A DNA stretch of 64,000 nt from a virus, in the IMG/VR virus record IMGVR_UViG_3300005838_000009, positions 3,818 to 67,817 of that record; one strand, 5' to 3'. The position numbers were made by a program, and so were the translations under genes. A model generated the notes under the pieces. It worked only from the letters and a program-made list of their open reading frames with translations. It ran no database searches and had not been told where the DNA came from. Positions 59,812-64,000 of the stretch are shown here, piece by piece (position 1 is the first letter of the stretch; each line of letters begins with the position of its first letter).

Positions 59812-60051
59812 ATGGTGGTTGGTCAGAATATCAACGAACAACAGATGATTTCAAAAAATCATTTAAATAAATACCAATATATATACACAAAACATGGTAT
59901 ATCTATAAGTCTAGTAAAATTTGAGAGATTCTATGATGACACACCTTGGGAAATATATCAGATTAGGGGAAAACCTGAATTGTTTGAAGATGTTGAGAGA
60001 TTCAAAACCAAAAGTGACGCTCTAGTAAGGATTAAGGAATTGTTAAAATGA
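59812..60051 (+). CDS. Hypothetical protein (paralog of 45756-46031)
   Basis: KYQYI...ISLV...WEIY...LFEDVERF. Confidence 0.65.
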   Translation: MVVGQNINEQQMISKNHLNKYQYIYTKHGISISLVKFERFYDDTPWEIYQIRGKPELFEDVERFKTKSDALVRIKELLK

Positions 60052-60269
60052 ACGTAGTTAAAACAGTTTATTACTGTAAAGCCGATAAGAAAACAGGTAA
60101 GCCAGTTGTTGTGACTAAGCCTGACGGTAGCAGTAAGAACGTTAAAAAATGGACATTAGATTTGTTCGACAAAGAGGGTAAGCCTGTTAGAATAGAAGTA
60201 GAGTTTAATAACTCCGAAAAAAAGGCTAAACGTTCAGGTGCTACTACCGTTTTGAAGGTATTGAAGTAA
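60048..60269 (+). CDS. Small basic protein
   Basis: ORF track; ATGA overlap. Confidence 0.5.
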   Translation: MNVVKTVYYCKADKKTGKPVVVTKPDGSSKNVKKWTLDLFDKEGKPVRIEVEFNNSEKKAKRSGATTVLKVLK

Positions 60270-60313
60270 ATTTCAAAGTAGCATTTATATAGGGGATTAC
60301 ACTTCCTCTATAT

Positions 60314-60619
60314 ATGGGTGAAAAGGAAGACAAAATCAAAGAGGTTGCAGGGCAACTTAAAGATATTGCTGATAAAGCAGTAGAGAAAGATGAAGCATAT
60401 AAAATGCCTAGTCCAAGATTTGACTTAATATCTAAGATGTTTGGTGAAGTAGACCAAATCTTAGCAGATAATGACGCAGAAAGTAATTTGACAGTATTTG
60501 AGATGGAAATCTTGATACTTATGTTACGAAAGAAAATCGACCACTTGGGGATAATGGCAGCGATTGAGCCTGACCATTCCGACGATGATCATAAGGGTAA
60601 TCCCGAAGTTTATCAATGA
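60314..60619 (+). CDS. Hypothetical protein
   Basis: TTTATATA box ~30 nt upstream (leaderless spacing). Confidence 0.6.
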   Translation: MGEKEDKIKEVAGQLKDIADKAVEKDEAYKMPSPRFDLISKMFGEVDQILADNDAESNLTVFEMEILILMLRKKIDHLGIMAAIEPDHSDDDHKGNPEVYQ

Positions 60620-60642
60620 TATGCCGGAGGGTATTCACTATT

Positions 60643-61062
60643 TTATATATAATCTACTAGTAAGGCTTTAAGTTCTATTTCAGCTTGTTTAATATTTTTT
60701 TCTTTAAATAACGCTGGTGCTTCATATTTAAAAACATCAACTACATAGCAATCTGAGGCTTCTAACTCTGTTCTTTGTCTATCATCTAATATACCAAATG
60801 CTTTTGTTTTATGTCTATCATCTTGTATTCTTACTACTATGGGATAATCATCTTCTCTGAATACTACTATATCTAGTGTTTCTAATAGTGCCCTGTGACC
60901 AATATCTGCTTGGTAGACTTTGGATAATAGTTGTTTAAATGGAACTTGTGTTGCTATCATGTCATCTGGGAATAATTTTACTAGTAGTTTTACTGCTGTT
61001 CTTTCCCCCTGACCTATAATAGGGTCAGATTTAAAGTGGTTTTTAGAGTGATTTCTCATCAT
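60643..61062 (-). CDS. PD-(D/E)xK-like nuclease
   Basis: GE...QVPF...LDIVV...VVRIQDDRH pattern. Confidence 0.55.
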   Translation of the reverse strand: MMRNHSKNHFKSDPIIGQGERTAVKLLVKLFPDDMIATQVPFKQLLSKVYQADIGHRALLETLDIVVFREDDYPIVVRIQDDRHKTKAFGILDDRQRTELEASDCYVVDVFKYEAPALFKEKNIKQAEIELKALLVDYI

Positions 61063-61417
61063 AGTACCTCACAAGTAATTCATGTTTTGCTCTTATTTTA
61101 GTTTTAACATTAATAGCTATAACTCGTTGATGATATCGTTTACAGAAGGATATGATCGGTTTAGCAGGGGGAAATGCATTAGTTTTAAACTGTAAAAATA
61201 CAAGTCTACCATGTTGGTCAAACCCCATTCCATCAAATAAATTCCAATAATCAGTAGCACGGTAATTCTTATCTTTATTATATACAAAGTCCTTATGTCT
61301 ACAGTGAGTTCTTAAAGTGATGTCTGTAAAGCCCATTTTGAGTAAATATTGTACGGCTTCTTTGTTCGATGATCGCATTTTTGCGCGATTGTTCGACTTT
61401 GACTTAAGGGTTGTCAA
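61043..61417 (-). CDS. Holliday junction resolvase (Hjc-like)
   Basis: YLLKMGF...LFDGMGF...VFLQFKT; adjacent to radA. Confidence 0.65.
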   Translation of the reverse strand: MTTLKSKSNNRAKMRSSNKEAVQYLLKMGFTDITLRTHCRHKDFVYNKDKNYRATDYWNLFDGMGFDQHGRLVFLQFKTNAFPPAKPIISFCKRYHQRVIAINVKTKIRAKHELLVRYYDEKSL

Positions 61418-62537
61418 TTCCTTTATCTGTTAATACGAACTCTGCATCAAATACTGCCTGTTTAGGTGAGTCTATTGCTGTTGCATATCTTTTTTTACCT
61501 GCTTTCTTAAAGTATATTCTATAAGTACTTGCATGTCCTACTATGTGTCCTCCTACTGCGTATGTTGGGTCTCCATATGATTGTGCTGGATTTGCTCCTA
61601 CTTGGTTAGTCATTAGTACGGCTGCATTAAAGAAATATGCTGAATTTTTTAGGACACCCATGAATTTTGCTAGATTTTGTTGTCTGCTTGCTAGAGTTCC
61701 CCTGCCTAGGTATTCTTCTCTGAATTGACCTGTTGCACCATCAACTATGATTAATTTAACTGACTCATCTTCTACCATTCTCTGACTTAGATTAGATACC
61801 TCTTCAACAACACTGTCTGTGTTTGGAGTGTGTACATATGATAAGTGTTCATCAACATAGGTTGATAACTCATCCTCTGTCATATCACCACCATATCCTC
61901 TTGCTTTAATGATTTGGAATAATCTATCAGGGTCAAATGTATCTTCACAATCTATCCATACCCCTTTCCATTTATTTTTAAACATAGCTTCAACTAGTAT
62001 AGTATAACAAAATTGTGTTTTACCACTAGCAAATGCACCATATACTTCTGTTAATGCTTCAAGTTCTATACCTCCACCAAGCATCTCATCTATCTCTATG
62101 TTACCTGATGGTATTCTTGCCATATTAGCTCTGTATTTTCTTAAGTCTGATATAGATAGTTTAGGGCTACGTGTTCTCTTATTATTTTGTAATACTTCTT
62201 GACATATCTTGAATAGTTTGTGTATTCTAGAGTCCTCCATATCAGTATAGTTTTTAATTTCATTACTTCCTCTAATTAATACATCATATACGGTAGTGAC
62301 ACCAACAGCTTCCAATTTTTTGTAGCTGAGTTCACCAATACCTAGACCACTACCTACATAGTCTTTCAAATATATACTGGTTGGTATTTTTACCTCTCTC
62401 TTTTTACGTGTTTTCTTTTTAGTTATCTCTTGCACTTCAACTGCAACAACTTCTGCAATATCTTCTAGTTTATCTACAACCTTTTCATCTAAATCTGATT
62501 CATCAAACAAACATTCTCCTTTTTCTTTATCTACCAA
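61404..62537 (-). CDS. radA: RadA recombinase (archaeal type)
   Basis: LGGGIE, Walker A GAFASGKTQ, IDCEDTFDPDR, GRGTLASRQQ, TNQV, GGHIVGHASTYRI. Confidence 0.93.
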   Translation of the reverse strand: MVDKEKGECLFDESDLDEKVVDKLEDIAEVVAVEVQEITKKKTRKKREVKIPTSIYLKDYVGSGLGIGELSYKKLEAVGVTTVYDVLIRGSNEIKNYTDMEDSRIHKLFKICQEVLQNNKRTRSPKLSISDLRKYRANMARIPSGNIEIDEMLGGGIELEALTEVYGAFASGKTQFCYTILVEAMFKNKWKGVWIDCEDTFDPDRLFQIIKARGYGGDMTEDELSTYVDEHLSYVHTPNTDSVVEEVSNLSQRMVEDESVKLIIVDGATGQFREEYLGRGTLASRQQNLAKFMGVLKNSAYFFNAAVLMTNQVGANPAQSYGDPTYAVGGHIVGHASTYRIYFKKAGKKRYATAIDSPKQAVFDAEFVLTDKGIDNP

Positions 62538-62767
62538 AATCTTATACTCCTTACATTATTATACACTCTACGTAATATAAAGCTTCTCATTATACCTACA
62601 CCACCATAAATTAATGAGATATATATAGCCATTGGTAAATCAACAGTCTCAAATGGAACATTTAATATTACAGGTAGTACCCATATGTTGAGGGCTATAC
62701 CAATACCAAAACCAATAACGGTATTCATTATGGCTTCCTCCAAGGATTTTCTTTTACTCTGTTCCAT
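62531..62767 (-). CDS. Small membrane protein
   Basis: QSKRKSLEEAIMNTVIG...RSFILRRVYN; two TM segments. Confidence 0.6.
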   Translation of the reverse strand: MEQSKRKSLEEAIMNTVIGFGIGIALNIWVLPVILNVPFETVDLPMAIYISLIYGGVGIMRSFILRRVYNNVRSIRFW

Positions 62768-62909
62768 TATTCTACCTCACCACAATGTGTACATACTGCA
62801 CCAAATTTTTGTTCTTTTTCAATCCATTCAACTAGATATACGTCACCACACTTCCTACAAAATATATAACTGTTAGGTAATGATTTTCTATAATCTATGT
62901 GTGGTATCT

Positions 62910-64000
62910 TCATTCTTCCCACCTATATCTTCCGTTGGCACACTTTCTAATTATACCTGAGCTATAGCATTGGTTAAACTTATTCATGCTGGACTTTCTT
63001 TCCCAGTGATACTCTAACTCTAGTATTTCATACAAGTCTTTCTCGTCTACATATTTTTTATCATTCTCACATTTCTTCCAGGCTTTTGTGAACTGTTGGT
63101 CCTTGTTAAGTTTCTCTGACTTCATCAAGGTTAATTGTGAGCCTGAGTCCTCTAATTCTTTACCGAATGTGTGGTATGACTCTCTATATAATTCATATAC
63201 TGCAGCTACATCTGTTTCATCTGCTTTGTTCTTGAATAGCATACGTGCATAACACATTGTTAATCTTCCTAATGACTCTAATGTTCTTGGTGTTACTGGT
63301 ATAGTGCCCTTCTCTTTAGATATATTACGGAGCTTCTCATATATTTTCTTTAATTTTTGTTGGGCTCCTGGTGTCAACTCTACCTCTATATTTAATACAT
63401 AATTTAAGTAAGCCATGAGTTGTTTTCTTGTCATGTAAGTTTCTTTCTCTGTTTTACTACCAATACCAAAGTCTTCCAACACTTTGTCTGCCTTTTTTTC
63501 ATCCATAATACCATCTACCTTATCCTTGATAAGAAATATCAAATCGAATCTAGTTAAGATTGGTGTAGGTAAGTCAATATTCTCCATTAATGTGAGACTG
63601 TCATCATAGTTACCAAATCTAGGGTTAGCTGCTGCTAATGTTACGGCCATAGCTGGGAGGGAAACATTTTTTCCTGAAACAGAACGAGATACCTTACCTT
63701 GTTCCATTACCTCGTGCATAATACCCATATCATCTTTATTCATCTTATCAAATTCGTCTACGATTGCTACTCCACGATGGCTAAGAGGATATGTACCGGC
63801 CTGTAATATGCTGGTTCCATTGTCCTGCTTAACCATCCCTGCTGTTAGTCCTGCTGCGGTACTCCCCTTACCTGTAGTGAATGTACTCTTCTGAGTTATT
63901 TTTTGTATCTCCTCTAATAGCATAGACTTTGCCATACCTGGGTCACCTACCAATAACGAGTTAACCCATCCTCTTCTTCGCTCATGTATTCTACCTCTTT
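62910..64000 (-). CDS. mcm: MCM replicative helicase (C-terminal part; extends beyond the window)
   Basis: VGDPGMAKS, STAAGLTA, IVDEFDKM, HEVMEQG, AAANP, ILTRFDLIF, TPRTLE. Confidence 0.95.
   Translation of the reverse strand, partial: RGRIHERRRGWVNSLLVGDPGMAKSMLLEEIQKITQKSTFTTGKGSTAAGLTAGMVKQDNGTSILQAGTYPLSHRGVAIVDEFDKMNKDDMGIMHEVMEQGKVSRSVSGKNVSLPAMAVTLAAANPRFGNYDDSLTLMENIDLPTPILTRFDLIFLIKDKVDGIMDEKKADKVLEDFGIGSKTEKETYMTRKQLMAYLNYVLNIEVELTPGAQQKLKKIYEKLRNISKEKGTIPVTPRTLESLGRLTMCYARMLFKNKADETDVAAVYELYRESYHTFGKELEDSGSQLTLMKSEKLNKDQQFTKAWKKCENDKKYVDEKDLYEILELEYHWERKSSMNKFNQCYSSGIIRKCANGRYRWEE

Noticed and set aside
1-64000. Provirus boundaries, integrase, transposase or inteins
   Set aside because: No integrase, att-like junction, host housekeeping block or IS was seen. 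TerL, RadA and the visible part of MCM show no intein-sized insertions.

Overview
This window is most of the genome of a tailed (Caudoviricetes, siphovirus-like) archaeal virus. An archaeal host is indicated by MCM helicase, RadA, an Hjc-like resolvase and TATA-box/leaderless gene starts. The low GC and the MCM+RadA+MoxR/CobS-like+Cas4 gene set suggest a marine Nitrososphaeria (Thaumarchaeota) host (inference). Layout: ~0.6-34.3 kb is a minus-strand morphogenesis block (portal, prohead protease, scaffold, major capsid, neck, tail tube, frameshifted tail chaperone, tape measure, fibres/LamG proteins, Cas4-like, TGT/DpdA-like, HNH, terminase, RNase H). ~34.3-40.3 kb holds small genes plus two candidate structured ncRNAs. 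~40.4-41.2 kb is a non-coding strand-switch region with a 10-bp tandem repeat. ~41.2-60.6 kb is a plus-strand block of small 'early' genes with a MoxR AAA/vWA pair, and ~60.6-64 kb is a minus-strand replication/recombination block. Best findings: (1) a complete type I hammerhead ribozyme (42299-42354) whose predicted cleavage falls exactly before the AUG of an early gene; (2) a ~150-nt structured RNA with its own promoter just upstream of the portal gene; (3) systematic Cys enrichment of external virion proteins, plus an unannotated 32-aa metallothionein-like peptide; (4) duplicated fibre+LamG modules. All calls come from reading motifs by eye; no database searches or folding programs were run.
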